Origin: Candidatus Limnocylindrales bacterium
Lineage (GTDB): Bacteria; Chloroflexota; Limnocylindria; Limnocylindrales; CSP1-4
Assembly (NCBI GenBank): GCA_038250445.1
Contig: JBBSCI010000001.1
Coordinates: forward strand, 1,524-65,523
Reading direction: 5' to 3'
DNA length: 64,000 nt
The notes under the pieces are model-generated. The model worked only from the letters and a program-made list of their open reading frames with translations. It made no database searches and was not told the origin of the DNA. Shown here in pieces: positions 36,443-47,008 of the stretch (positions within the stretch are counted from its first letter, which is position 1; every line of letters begins with the position of its first letter). The translations under genes were made by a program, and so were the position numbers.

Positions 36443-36482
36443 ACCGGCGCCGGCTCCGGGGCGACTTCCAGAAGGCTACGGC

Positions 36483-38594
36483 GTGGAATTCCTTGCGGGT
36501 GAACCGCTTCCGGGCCTTCGCTGTCAGCCCGATTGCCTCAACCTCGGCGACGCCGCCGCATTCCAGACCGCCGTTAACGCCCTTACAGCGACGGGTGGTG
36601 GCGACACGCCTGAAGCGCAGCTGTCCGGGATCATGTCGGCGCTCAACGGCCTGACCTGGCTTGACGGCGCGACAAAGGCCGTCGTTGTCATCACCGACGC
36701 CACCGGCAAGGATCCGGAGCCCGTCACCGGTTTCACCCGGGCGTCCGCCAACCAGCGAGCGCTGGAGATTGACCCTGTCGCTATCTACGGCGTCAATGTC
36801 TCGACCCTTCAGAGTGTCGCCGACTGGATGGCCCCACTGGCAACCGGCACAGCGGGAGACGTCGTCACGCTCGCTCCGGGCCAATCGCTGTCTGACGCCC
36901 TGTCCAATCTGTTCGAATCTGCCCACGCAAACCCAGTCGCCAAGCTGAGCGGCCCGTACGTCGCTCAGACCGGGACTGCGATCAACTTCAGCGCCGCCGA
37001 CTCGTTCGATGCGTCGGCGACGATCACGAGCTACAAGTGGGACTTTGACGGAAACGGGACCGTCGACCGGACAACGGCAACGCCGACGACCTCGTTCACC
37101 TATGCGGGCGAGTTCCACGGGATCGCTTCGGTCGAGGTCGTCGCCGACGACGGCCGCTCGGCGCTGGCCACAACCCAGGTCACGGTCGACTCGGTCGGCC
37201 TCGCCAACCTCCAACCGATCGCGGTGACCTCCGCAACGGCCACCGTGACCGGCGCCAGCCAGGTGACCGTCACCTGGACGCCGGCCGCTAACGATCGAGC
37301 GGACGGGTACAAGGTCTATCGCGCGAACGGAACGCCCATTCGATTCACGACCGCGGCCGACCCGGATTCGGCGGTCCTCGACGGGATCAGCCTGAGCCAA
37401 CCTGTTCAGTTCTATGTCCGAGCGGTGAATGGCTACGGGGAGAGTGCGTCGGCCGCAACCGCGCCCGTCGGCGGGAACCCGCCTGGCTGGCAACCATCGC
37501 AGGTCGTGGACAGTCAGGCGACGGGTTCGTCAGCGGAAATCTCCCTTGGGCCTGATGGCCGTGGGTACGCCGTTTGGCAAAGCGGGGGCATCCAATTTGC
37601 CCGCTGGGACCCCGTGACGGGCTGGGGAGCGAGGGTTCGCGTCAACCCAGCGACGGCAAACTCGAAGGTCGCGCCCACGATTGGTGTCGACAGCGGCAAC
37701 AATGCGTATGCAACGTGGACGGACTACGTCAACGGCACCAGTAATCCCGATATCTACTTCTCAAAGCGTCCGTCATCCACCGGGACGTGGGGCACAGCCG
37801 TCAAGGTCAGCGCCGATACGGGCACGGCAGAACAACGCGACGCCCAGATCGCGGTGCTCGCGAACGGCAGCGCCATCGCCGTCTGGGTCGATCGGAGAAG
37901 CAGCCAGTGGAACATCTACTCGTCCCGGCTGGCAGCCGGAGCATCGGTCTGGGGAACAAACGTCAGAGCAACGTCTAATACCTCCAACACGGTTGAGAAG
38001 TCCACGCCGCGCGTTGTCCTCGGCAGCGACGGGACGGCATACGCTGTCTGGTCCGATGCCCGGAACGGCAATCTCGATATCTGGTACGCAACGCTGGCTC
38101 CTAGCGCGTCCGCATGGAGCACGAATGTCAAGGTCAGTGACGACACTGGTTCGGCAGCTCAGACCAAGCCGAGTATCGGCATGGACTCGACCGGCAATCT
38201 AACCGTTGCATGGCTCGACGCGCGCGTCAGCACAGGGCAGGTCAGGGTCGCCAGTCGCCCCGCCGCTACTGGCATATGGAGCGCAAGCGCCCTTGTCTCT
38301 GACTCGGCAGCGCGTCCATTGAGCCTGGACATGGCGGTTCGATCCGACGGCCGGGCCGCGATCGGCTGGGAAGACGTACGCTCCATCAACGACCTCTGGG
38401 GCACCGAAAAGCCGTCGCCTTCGCAAGGCTGGCAGGCGCCCACACTGTGGAGCGATACGACAGTCGGCAAGATGGATGGTCGTCCTGCGCTGGCAATCGA
38501 TGGGCAACGTCTCGCCGTGATCTGGGATGCGCCGAACAAGCTTGTCATTGGTGCCGCACCCGGCAATGTCCATGCAAGATTCAAGCAGCTTTGA
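36483..38594 (+). CDS. N-terminally truncated VWA - PKD - fibronectin III - BNR/Asp-box repeat protein (possible pseudogene/insertion scar)
   Basis: GTG start; begins inside a VWA domain (GGGDTPEAQLSGIMSALNGLTWLDGATKAVVVITDA, no MIDAS DxSxS upstream because upstream DNA is the antisense of gene 35723..36442); PKD (YKWDFDGNGTVDRTTATPTTSFTY); FN3 (VTWTPAANDRADGYKVYRANG); repeated S/TxDxGxTW Asp-boxes. Confidence 0.65.
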   Translation: MEFLAGEPLPGLRCQPDCLNLGDAAAFQTAVNALTATGGGDTPEAQLSGIMSALNGLTWLDGATKAVVVITDATGKDPEPVTGFTRASANQRALEIDPVAIYGVNVSTLQSVADWMAPLATGTAGDVVTLAPGQSLSDALSNLFESAHANPVAKLSGPYVAQTGTAINFSAADSFDASATITSYKWDFDGNGTVDRTTATPTTSFTYAGEFHGIASVEVVADDGRSALATTQVTVDSVGLANLQPIAVTSATATVTGASQVTVTWTPAANDRADGYKVYRANGTPIRFTTAADPDSAVLDGISLSQPVQFYVRAVNGYGESASAATAPVGGNPPGWQPSQVVDSQATGSSAEISLGPDGRGYAVWQSGGIQFARWDPVTGWGARVRVNPATANSKVAPTIGVDSGNNAYATWTDYVNGTSNPDIYFSKRPSSTGTWGTAVKVSADTGTAEQRDAQIAVLANGSAIAVWVDRRSSQWNIYSSRLAAGASVWGTNVRATSNTSNTVEKSTPRVVLGSDGTAYAVWSDARNGNLDIWYATLAPSASAWSTNVKVSDDTGSAAQTKPSIGMDSTGNLTVAWLDARVSTGQVRVASRPAATGIWSASALVSDSAARPLSLDMAVRSDGRAAIGWEDVRSINDLWGTEKPSPSQGWQAPTLWSDTTVGKMDGRPALAIDGQRLAVIWDAPNKLVIGAAPGNVHARFKQL

Positions 38595-38687
38595 ATGATC
38601 AACTCCAGGACTCACGGAGCGCCCGCGCCGAATCGGCGCGGGCGCATCAAATTCCATTCGTAAGCCAGCCGGCCGCGGTCACTTGAC

Positions 38688-38714
38688 CTAGGCGGGGCCA
38701 CCGCGACCGCCTAG
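38688..38714. terminator. Hairpin between convergent genes (possible bidirectional terminator)
   Basis: ctaggcgg-ggccaccgcga-ccgcctag, 8-bp stem/11-nt loop overlapping amidase stop; no U-tract. Confidence 0.3.
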
Positions 38715-40444
38715 CGCAGCGGCAGCAGCCTCCCGTTCCCGTTCCGCTCTGGAACGGCCGTCCGCTTGTCGCCGTTCGACACCGGCTGGCGCGCCGCCAA
38801 ATCCGGGCCGATCGACGGGATGAACTGCGGTGGAACCCGAACCTTCGTCGCCTGCTCGAAGTCGTAGGCGAAGCCGATCAGCTTCGGTTCGTCCCAGCGG
38901 CCGCCGATGAACGACACGCCGATCGGTAGCGGCCCGACGTGGCCCGCCGGCACCGTGATGTTCGCGTAGCCGGCGATCGCGGACGGGCTCGACGAGCCGA
39001 CGAACGTCGAGAAGTCGCCGCCCAAGTCGCCCTCTTCTGGGTTCGAATTCGTCACCCAGGCCGGCCCGTTCGTCGGCGCGATGATCGCGTCGAGGTCGAA
39101 CGCGGCCAGCGTGTCATTGATCGCATCCTGGGCAGTCGATGTCGCGGTCGCCCGGGCGGCATCGCATGACGCGGTGCCACGCCCGCCGGTCGCCTGCGCC
39201 ATGTCGAAGATGTCTGAGTTCCACGGCCCTTCCAGCTCCGGATGGGCGTTGTTGAAATCGATCAGGTCGTGGAGCGTCTTCGGATATCGATGCTTGGTAT
39301 ACGTCTCGAGGTAGCCCGCGATGTCGGTCTTGAACTCGCAGAGGAGCGCGTCGAACTCCGGCCCGTAGGCGGGCTCGATCGGGATCCTCGTGTTGTCGAC
39401 CACGATCGCCCCCTCCGCCCGGAGCGCGTCGATCGTGTCGTTCAGGACCGCGTCGACCTCCGGGCTGACGGCCGGGTCGTACGTTCCCTCCCGCCAGACG
39501 CCGATCCGGGCCCCACGGAGGGCGCGCTTGTCGAGGAACTTCGTGTAGTCCCTGAAGGCATGACCGCGCTGATCGGCGGTCGCGGGATCGTCCCGGTCGA
39601 CGCCAGTGAGCGCCCCGAGGAGCACGGCCGCGTCGGTCACGTTGCGTGTCATCGGCCCGGCGGTGTCCTGGTCGGCCGAGATCGGGACGATGCCCGCCCG
39701 GCTCAGCAGGCCGAGTGTCGGCTTGATCCCGACGATGCCGTTCGCGCCCGACGGGCAGACGATCGAGCCGTCTGTCTCGGTCCCGACCGCGACAGTGGCG
39801 AGGTCAGCTGCGACGACGACGCCCGAGCCCGAGCTGGAGCCGCATGGGTTGCGATCGAGGACATACGGCATGTTCGTCTGGCCGCCGATGCCGCTCCAGC
39901 CGCTCGACGACGGTGCCGACCGGAAGTTGGCCCACTCGGACAGGTTTGCCTTGCCGATGATGATCGCGCCGGCGTCACGGAGTTGATCGACGATGAACGC
40001 ATCGTGCGGCCTGCTGCCGAACAGCGCGAAGGAGCCCGCGGTCGTCGGCATACCGGTCGTGTCGATGTTGTCCTTGACGATGACCGGGATTCCGAGGAGG
40101 GGTCGGTGGTCGCCATGGCGCCGGGCCCTGTCCGCCTTCCAGGCGTCGCGGAACGCCGTCGGGCTGACGGTGATCACCGCGTGGAGCTTCGGATTGAGCC
40201 TCTTGATCCGGTGGAGGTAGAACTCGACGAGCTCGACCGATGTCAGCTTGTGGCGGTTCATCAACTTCTGGAGCTGGGGAATCGTCGTCGAGTCAACGTC
40301 GATGCCGTGGATGGACGTCCCGCTGCCGCCTCTCGAGGCCGAGGCGATCGGCGCCGTGATGCCGGCCACCCCGAGCAAGAGGGCCATCACGGTGGCAAGA
40401 ATCAGGGAACGTCGAACCGGGCTGCTCATCGCACGGACCTCCAC
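38711..40444 (-). CDS. Secreted amidase (amidase-signature family)
   Basis: Signal peptide SLILATVMALLLGVAGITAPIASA; KDNIDTTGMPTTAGS and GGSSSGSG amidase signature. Confidence 0.85.
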   Translation of the reverse strand: MEVRAMSSPVRRSLILATVMALLLGVAGITAPIASASRGGSGTSIHGIDVDSTTIPQLQKLMNRHKLTSVELVEFYLHRIKRLNPKLHAVITVSPTAFRDAWKADRARRHGDHRPLLGIPVIVKDNIDTTGMPTTAGSFALFGSRPHDAFIVDQLRDAGAIIIGKANLSEWANFRSAPSSSGWSGIGGQTNMPYVLDRNPCGSSSGSGVVVAADLATVAVGTETDGSIVCPSGANGIVGIKPTLGLLSRAGIVPISADQDTAGPMTRNVTDAAVLLGALTGVDRDDPATADQRGHAFRDYTKFLDKRALRGARIGVWREGTYDPAVSPEVDAVLNDTIDALRAEGAIVVDNTRIPIEPAYGPEFDALLCEFKTDIAGYLETYTKHRYPKTLHDLIDFNNAHPELEGPWNSDIFDMAQATGGRGTASCDAARATATSTAQDAINDTLAAFDLDAIIAPTNGPAWVTNSNPEEGDLGGDFSTFVGSSSPSAIAGYANITVPAGHVGPLPIGVSFIGGRWDEPKLIGFAYDFEQATKVRVPPQFIPSIGPDLAARQPVSNGDKRTAVPERNGNGRLLPLR

Positions 40445-40967
40445 GGGGGAACAGGGTGGGGCACTCGCTGGCTGGGGCGCTGGGGTTCCTCTCTATTGGA
40501 CTCCAGCTGTCAAGGCAGCGGAATAGCCAGCCCATCGGGCGTGACCGTCAGTCATCAAGATCGGCAATTCCGCGGGATTGCGAGAGCGTCGCCAGGCCCT
40601 CGAGCCAGTTTCGGGACCGTGAGTCATGGAGGGGCGCGGACACGATCCAATCGGCCCACCGTCGACTGGCTTGGGCCAGGTCTTGTTGACTTGGAGTCTC
40701 GGCTTACCCCTGCCCCGTCCGTGGACGATGACTTCGGCACCGCCGGCGACGGCCGACCTCAGACGCGAGTCGGCCACCGTGCCGAGAACACGCCGGACCA
40801 GGGCGCCTCGAATTCGGTCGGCGCGGCGACGGTCGTCGAGCGAGGCGTTCTTCGGTCATCCGACACGAATCTAGTTCGTTTGGACCTCGACTTCGCGGCG
40901 ACGACCGTCGAGAATCCGGGTCCGTTCCCCATGGCGTTGCCATGCGCGGCGGACTGGAGGATCGACG

Positions 40968-41510
40968 ATGAAGATACGACCCACGTTCGCACTCCTCGGC
41001 GCCTTGTCCCTTGGGGTGATGGCCTGTTCGAGCCCCGCTGGATCGACGAGCCCCGCTGGATCGACGAGCCCCGCAGCTTCGGCAAGTGCTGCAGCTTCGA
41101 CAAGTCCTGCAGCTTCGACAAGCGCCGCCGCAAGCTCGGGGGCCGCGGGTACGGCGGTACAGGTGACGCTCCAGGAATGGGCGGTCGCAACCGACGTAGC
41201 GACGGGCCCGGCCGGGGCGTTCACGTTCACCGCGAGCAACACAGGGCCTGATGACGTGCACGAGTTCGTGGTCATCAAGACCGACCTCTCGCTCACCGAT
41301 CTCCCGACCGACGCCACGGGTGCAGTTGACGAGACGAAAAGCGGCATGGAGGTCATCGATGAGATCGAAGACATCGCGGTGGGCACGAGCGAGGAACTGG
41401 CGGTGACCCTCGAACCGGGCGCGTACGTCCTCATCTGCAACATCTACGACGAAACAGAGAAAGAGTCGCACTACCAGAAGGGAATGCGGACCTCGTTCAC
41501 GGTGACCTGA
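40968..41510 (+). CDS. Lipoprotein with cupredoxin-like (EfeO-N/blue-copper-like) domain and Ser/Pro/Ala tandem-repeat linker
   Basis: Lipobox LGVMAC; linker SPAGSTSPAGSTSPAASASAAASTSPAASTSAAAS encoded by perfect 18-bp direct repeats (41030-41140); candidate His/Cys/His/Met ligands (HEFVV, LICNI, SHYQ, KGM). Confidence 0.7.
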   Translation: MKIRPTFALLGALSLGVMACSSPAGSTSPAGSTSPAASASAAASTSPAASTSAAASSGAAGTAVQVTLQEWAVATDVATGPAGAFTFTASNTGPDDVHEFVVIKTDLSLTDLPTDATGAVDETKSGMEVIDEIEDIAVGTSEELAVTLEPGAYVLICNIYDETEKESHYQKGMRTSFTVT

Positions 41511-41874
41511 TGAGCGCGAGCCCAGCGTCAACTCGGGCGCCTTGCGCCCGGCGCCGCCGCCCGCCTTCGCGGTCCGATCCTCGCCCTCTCAATCGAGCCG
41601 CGGCCGGCCGGCGTCACGAAGCTCGCGGGCACTGACTTCTGGCGCCTTCGCGTCGGCGACCTCCGCGTCAACTACCTCGTCGATGACGATGCGAGGCTGG
41701 TCATCGTCCTCAGGGTCGCTCGGCGTTCCGAGAGCACGTACCGCCAAGTCGATCGATGATCGTATTGATCTTGTCCTGTGCGATAGTACCGACCTTCGGT
41801 CGGGCAGCCCGAGACGCCGCCGACCGATAGCGGGCGCCACGCGCGTGCCGCCTGAGAGAAATGGTGGAGGACCA

Positions 41875-42837
41875 ATGAACCAGCCGACCAGAATCATGGC
41901 GCTCCTAGCCGGGATCGTCTTCGTCGCATCAGCCTGTTCGACCAGCGGAGGAGCTTCTGCGTCACCGAGCGCCGCCGCATCGGCGGCGTCCAACGCGCCG
42001 TCGACCAGCGCATCCGCGGAGCCGTCCGCGTCCGCGTCCGCATCGGTCGATCCGTCGTCGCTGCTCGGGATGGTGATTTCGACCGGCAAGATCCGGATCT
42101 CGACCGACCCGAACTACAAGCCGTTCTCGTACCTCAATCCCGACGGCAGCGGATCCTACTTGGGCTTCGATACCACGACCGCCGAGGAGGCGGTCAAGCG
42201 CCTGGGCCAGAAACTGGGCAAGGACGTCACGATCCAGTGGGAGACTCCCGGCTGGGACCTCATCACCGCTGGCAGCTGGGGCGGCCGCTGGGACATCTCG
42301 ATCGGCTCGATGAGCGTGACCGTCGGCCGCGCCAAGGTCGTCGACTTCGTCGATCCGTATTACTACGACTCCGGGGCCGTCGCCGTCCCGAAGGACTCGC
42401 CGATCCAATCGCTGGCCGAGCTCGACGGTGGCAAGACGTTCTGCGTCGGCACCGCAACGACCTACGAGCAGTGGCTGAACGGCACCCTGGAGATCGTCGA
42501 TCCGAACATCGTCAAGGCACCAACGGACCCCCAGGTCACGGCCCTGCCGACGGACAACGAGTGCATCCAGGCCGTCGGCTCGGGACGCAAGTTTGACGCG
42601 ATCGTCGCGAACGCCAATGGTCTCGCCGACGCGGCGAAGATTGCGCCGATCCGCGTCCTGGACGGGCCGCCCATCTTCACCGTGTCGGTTGCATTCGCCC
42701 TCGACAAGAAAGGCCCAGACGACAAGGCGCTCCTCGCGCTCTTGAACGAGGTCGTCGCCGAGATGCACGCCGACGGCACGCTCTCGCAGTTGTCGACCAA
42801 GTGGCTCGAGAAGGACGTCACCCAGAAGCCGACTTGA
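41875..42837 (+). CDS. ABC transporter substrate-binding lipoprotein (polar amino acid, family 3)
   Basis: Internal ATG 41875 with GGAGGA SD; lipobox FVASAC; Ala/Ser-rich linker; SBP_bac_3-like body. Confidence 0.85.
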   Translation: MNQPTRIMALLAGIVFVASACSTSGGASASPSAAASAASNAPSTSASAEPSASASASVDPSSLLGMVISTGKIRISTDPNYKPFSYLNPDGSGSYLGFDTTTAEEAVKRLGQKLGKDVTIQWETPGWDLITAGSWGGRWDISIGSMSVTVGRAKVVDFVDPYYYDSGAVAVPKDSPIQSLAELDGGKTFCVGTATTYEQWLNGTLEIVDPNIVKAPTDPQVTALPTDNECIQAVGSGRKFDAIVANANGLADAAKIAPIRVLDGPPIFTVSVAFALDKKGPDDKALLALLNEVVAEMHADGTLSQLSTKWLEKDVTQKPT

Positions 42838-42907
42838 TCGAGGTTCCGGTTTGTTCCAGGTTGCGCGCCCGGCGATCGTCGTCCGGGCGCGCACCTGAAT
42901 CACGTGC

Positions 42908-43800
42908 TTGGTGAGGGTGAGTGGTGATCGAGATGACCGTGATCCCAGCGGCGAGACAACCGTGAGCTGGCCGGTCGGGGCCTCGCTCGCAGAACGAAGC
43001 GTCAATCAACAGCTGGCGACCGACATCCTGCGGGCACGCGCCCAGCGAAATCGACGCTGGCGAGCCGCGTTCCTCGCGACGTGGGCCGTCATTGTCGCCG
43101 GACTCGTCGCCTTCATCCTGATCACGGTCACGGTCGACTCGACGTTCCTCCAGAAGTGGATCCCGTTCATCCTGACCGGCGTCCCGGTCACCCTCTTCCT
43201 GGCGGTCACCTCGATCTTCTTCGCCACGATCCTCGCGGCACTTGGCGCCCTCGGGCGGCTCTCAGGGAATCCCTTCCTCAACGCCATAGCCAGCTTCTAC
43301 GTCTCGTTCTTTCGCGGGACGCCGCTCCTGCTCCAGATCCTTTTCATCTTTCTCGCCCTGCCACAGGCGGGGATCGTCCTGCCGGCCATCCCGACGGCGA
43401 TCGTCGCCCTCAGCCTCAACTACGGCTCGTACATGACCGAGGTCTTCCGCTCGGGGATCGAGGCGGTGCCGCACGGCCAGACCGAGGCCGCCCAATCGCT
43501 CGGCATGACCTCGCGCACGACGTTCCGCCGGATCATCGCGCCGCAGGCCTTCCGGATCGTGACGCCAGCCGTCGGCAACGATTTCGTGGCCATGATCAAG
43601 GACTCGTCCCTCGCGTCCGTCGTCGGCGTCCAGGAACTCCTCTGGCGCGCCCAGACGGCCGGTCGGCCGACATTCCAATCGATGCAGACCCTGCTAGTGG
43701 CTGCGTTCGTCTATTGGATGCTGACCATCGTGTTCTCTCTGTTCCAGAACCGCCTCGAGCGCCGGATGGCGACGGGCGATCGGACCCAGGGACGACGACC

Positions 43801-43804
<4 letters not shown>
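42908..43804 (+). CDS. Amino-acid ABC transporter permease
   Basis: 5-6 TM; His/Glu/Gln/Arg/opine family conserved region LNYGSYMTEVFRSGIEAVPHGQTEAAQSLGM; stop overlaps ATPase start (ATGA). Confidence 0.8.
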
Positions 43805-44625
<821 letters not shown>

Positions 44626-44632
44626 CGGTCAC

Positions 44633-45120
44633 ATGCGCTACCGGGATCGGCGACAGGCTCGCCGCCTCGGCCTCCCTTTGGCGTTGATCGCTGCGCTGGG
44701 CGTTGGCGCCTGTATGAGCCAGGGCGCGTCAGTCCAGCGACGATTTCGCCGACGCCGGCCAGCGCCGCGACCGCTCGGTCTCTCGTCATCGATACCGACG
44801 TGGCTGTGGATGACTGGCTGGCCATCCTGTACCTGCTCGGCCGACCCGAGGCGACGTTCGCCAGCGCTGTCCTGACCCAGATGCGCGACTCGATCGCCTC
44901 GGGCACGTACTTCTTCTGGGATCCATTCGCAGCGGCCGTCACCGATGAGAGTCTCACCTCGTTCGAGAGCCGAGGCCTGTCGGTCAACGTCAGCGAAGGG
45001 CCGGAAAGCGGCCGGGTCATCGAGTCGGCAGGCGGCCCAAAGATACGATTCGCGAAGACGGCCGAGCTCGAACGATTCGAGCAGCTCCTCATCGATACGT
45101 TGAACGGACGAGGCCGCTGA
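44633..45120 (+). pseudogene. Lipoprotein signal peptide fused (via frameshift) to a short nucleoside-hydrolase-like fragment
   Basis: Frame B MRYRDRRQARRLGLPLALIAALGVGAC (lipobox); frame C continues SPATISPTPASAATARSLVIDTDVAVDDWLAILYLL (DxDxxxDD-like IU-nucleoside-hydrolase N-motif) but ends after only ~106 aa; switch between ~44720-44770. Confidence 0.35.
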
Positions 45121-45188
45121 CGATGGAGCGGCAATACCGGTACGGATTTCGAGCCGAAAAGCGCCTCCGCCGGGATTAGACTCGGAGC

Positions 45189-46445
45189 ATGCCTGTCCCG
45201 GTCGAGACGCTGGTCGTCATCGGCATCGGTCTCGTCGCCATCCTGCTTGCCGTCCGCATCCTGACGGCCGTCCCGGGCTGGGTCCGGCGGAGCCGCCGGC
45301 CTGAGTCGCGGATCATTCGCGTGATCGGCGTTGGCGGCGGTGGTAGCAACGCGGTCGATCGGATGGTCGGGGCCAAGATCGACGGCGTCAGCTTCGTCGC
45401 CAGCAACACCGACGCGCAGGCGCTGCGTCGCTCGAACGCTGGGACCAAGCTCCGGATCGGCGGGGCCATCACCGGCGGTCTTGGCTCGGGCGGCGACCCG
45501 GAGATCGGGCGCCGGGCCGCCGAGGAGGACTCGGGTCGCATCGCTCGCGCCATTGCCGGGGCGGATCTCGTGTTCGTCACAGCCGGTCTCGGCGGCGGGA
45601 CCGGCTCAGGAGCGGCGCCGATCGTCGCCGCCAGGGCGCGGGAACAGGGGGCCCTCACGATCGCGGTCGTGACGAAACCGTTTGCGTTCGAGGGATCGCC
45701 GCGGATGAAGATCGCCGAAGCGGCGGCGGCGGACCTCGCGGCGAACGTCGACGCGCTGATCGTGGTTCCCAACGATCGTGTCGGAAGCGTCCTCGCCGAC
45801 GATGCCACGATGCTCGAGGCGTTCCGCGTCGTCGACGATGTCCTGCTGCAGGCCGTCGAGGGGATCATCGACATGATTGCCGCTCTCGGCGTGGTCAACC
45901 TGGACTTCGCCGACATCCGGTCGGTGATGAAGGATGCGGGACCGGCCCTCATCGGCCTGGGTCGCGGGAGCGGGGAAAACCGAGCAACCGATGCCGCGCG
46001 TCAGGCGATCACCAGTCCGCTCCTCGAGGCGAGTATCGAGGGGGCTCGCGGGATCCTGTTCAACGTGTCCGGCCCGGCCGACCTCCGGCTTCGCGAGGTC
46101 CAGGCGGCGGCCGAGGAGATCCGCGAGCGCGCCGATGTCAACGCGAACGTCATTTTCGGGGCGAGCTTCGGCCGATCAGTTGGCGACGAAGTTCTCGTCA
46201 CGCTGATCGCCACCGGCCTGAGCGGGCATGAGCGGGCCCAGCCGACGCCGGCCGAAGTGCAGGTGGACGCGCCACCAGCCGACGAACCATCGATTGCCGA
46301 CGCGTCTCCGACCCCGATCACCGAGGCCGTCGAGCCACCGCAGCGCCCGGGCCGAAGCGTCAAACCACGATCAGTCGTGGAGGAAGACGACCTCGAGGTG
46401 CCGAGCTTCCTGCGTCGGAAGGGCCCGCCGGACGGCAGCCCCTGA
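45189..46445 (+). CDS. ftsZ: Cell-division GTPase FtsZ with predicted N-terminal hydrophobic extension
   Basis: GVGGGGSNAV, GGGTGSGAAPIVA tubulin signature, NLDFADIRSVM, C-terminal conserved peptide DLEVPSFLRRKG; N-terminal 35 aa MPVPVETLVVIGIGLVAILLAVRILTAV precede core; no dcw-cluster neighbours. Confidence 0.9.
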   Translation: MPVPVETLVVIGIGLVAILLAVRILTAVPGWVRRSRRPESRIIRVIGVGGGGSNAVDRMVGAKIDGVSFVASNTDAQALRRSNAGTKLRIGGAITGGLGSGGDPEIGRRAAEEDSGRIARAIAGADLVFVTAGLGGGTGSGAAPIVAARAREQGALTIAVVTKPFAFEGSPRMKIAEAAAADLAANVDALIVVPNDRVGSVLADDATMLEAFRVVDDVLLQAVEGIIDMIAALGVVNLDFADIRSVMKDAGPALIGLGRGSGENRATDAARQAITSPLLEASIEGARGILFNVSGPADLRLREVQAAAEEIRERADVNANVIFGASFGRSVGDEVLVTLIATGLSGHERAQPTPAEVQVDAPPADEPSIADASPTPITEAVEPPQRPGRSVKPRSVVEEDDLEVPSFLRRKGPPDGSP

Positions 46446-46585
46446 GGACTGCGTAAGTCGTTGAATGACATTCCGGGCGGCAGCTGGTTGAGGTTGAGGA
46501 TGTTGCCCTCGCTGTCCTTGAACCAGGCGGCCGCGCCGAAATTCTCAGGGTCGCGCGCGACACCATAGAACCGGAGGCACGTCCA

Positions 46586-46939
46586 ATGTTTAACGGCGCT
46601 CACGTCATCCTCTACAGCCAGACGGCGGAGGCCGATCGGGACTTCCTGCGCGATCACCTCGGTCTTGCCAGCGTCGACGCCGGCGACGGCTGGCTCATCT
46701 TCAAGTTGCCACCGGCCGAGGTCGCGGTCCATCCGACGGACGGCCCGCCGAAGCACGAGCTCTACTTCATGTGCGAGAGCATCGACGAAACGCTGGCGAA
46801 GCTCATCGAGGAGGGGGCAGAGATCTCGCAGCCGGTCAGCGACCAGGGCTGGGGCCGGCTCGCCGAGATCAAGCTGCCCAGCGGGACCAGGCTATCGATC
46901 TACGAGCCGCGCCACCCGGTGGCACACAGCCTCGATTGA
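46586..46939 (+). CDS. VOC (glyoxalase/bleomycin-resistance) family protein
   Basis: 117 aa, paired beta-alpha-beta-beta-beta modules, HPTDG...HELYFMCESID. Confidence 0.75.
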   Translation: MFNGAHVILYSQTAEADRDFLRDHLGLASVDAGDGWLIFKLPPAEVAVHPTDGPPKHELYFMCESIDETLAKLIEEGAEISQPVSDQGWGRLAEIKLPSGTRLSIYEPRHPVAHSLD

Positions 46940-47008
46940 GGCGCCTGGCTCGTGTCGCGAAGGGGCGCTGACGTCGCCGCGACACGCCGCGAGTAGACTC
47001 ACCCCGCC

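Noticed and set aside
46450-46756. Minus-strand ORF 46001..46756 whose product contains a VOC-like segment (FYGVARDPENFGAAAWFKDSEGNILNLNQ)
   Set aside because: It is antisense to the start of the plus-strand VOC gene and to ftsZ's 3' end; the resemblance probably reflects palindromic codon composition, but a convergent remnant cannot be fully excluded.
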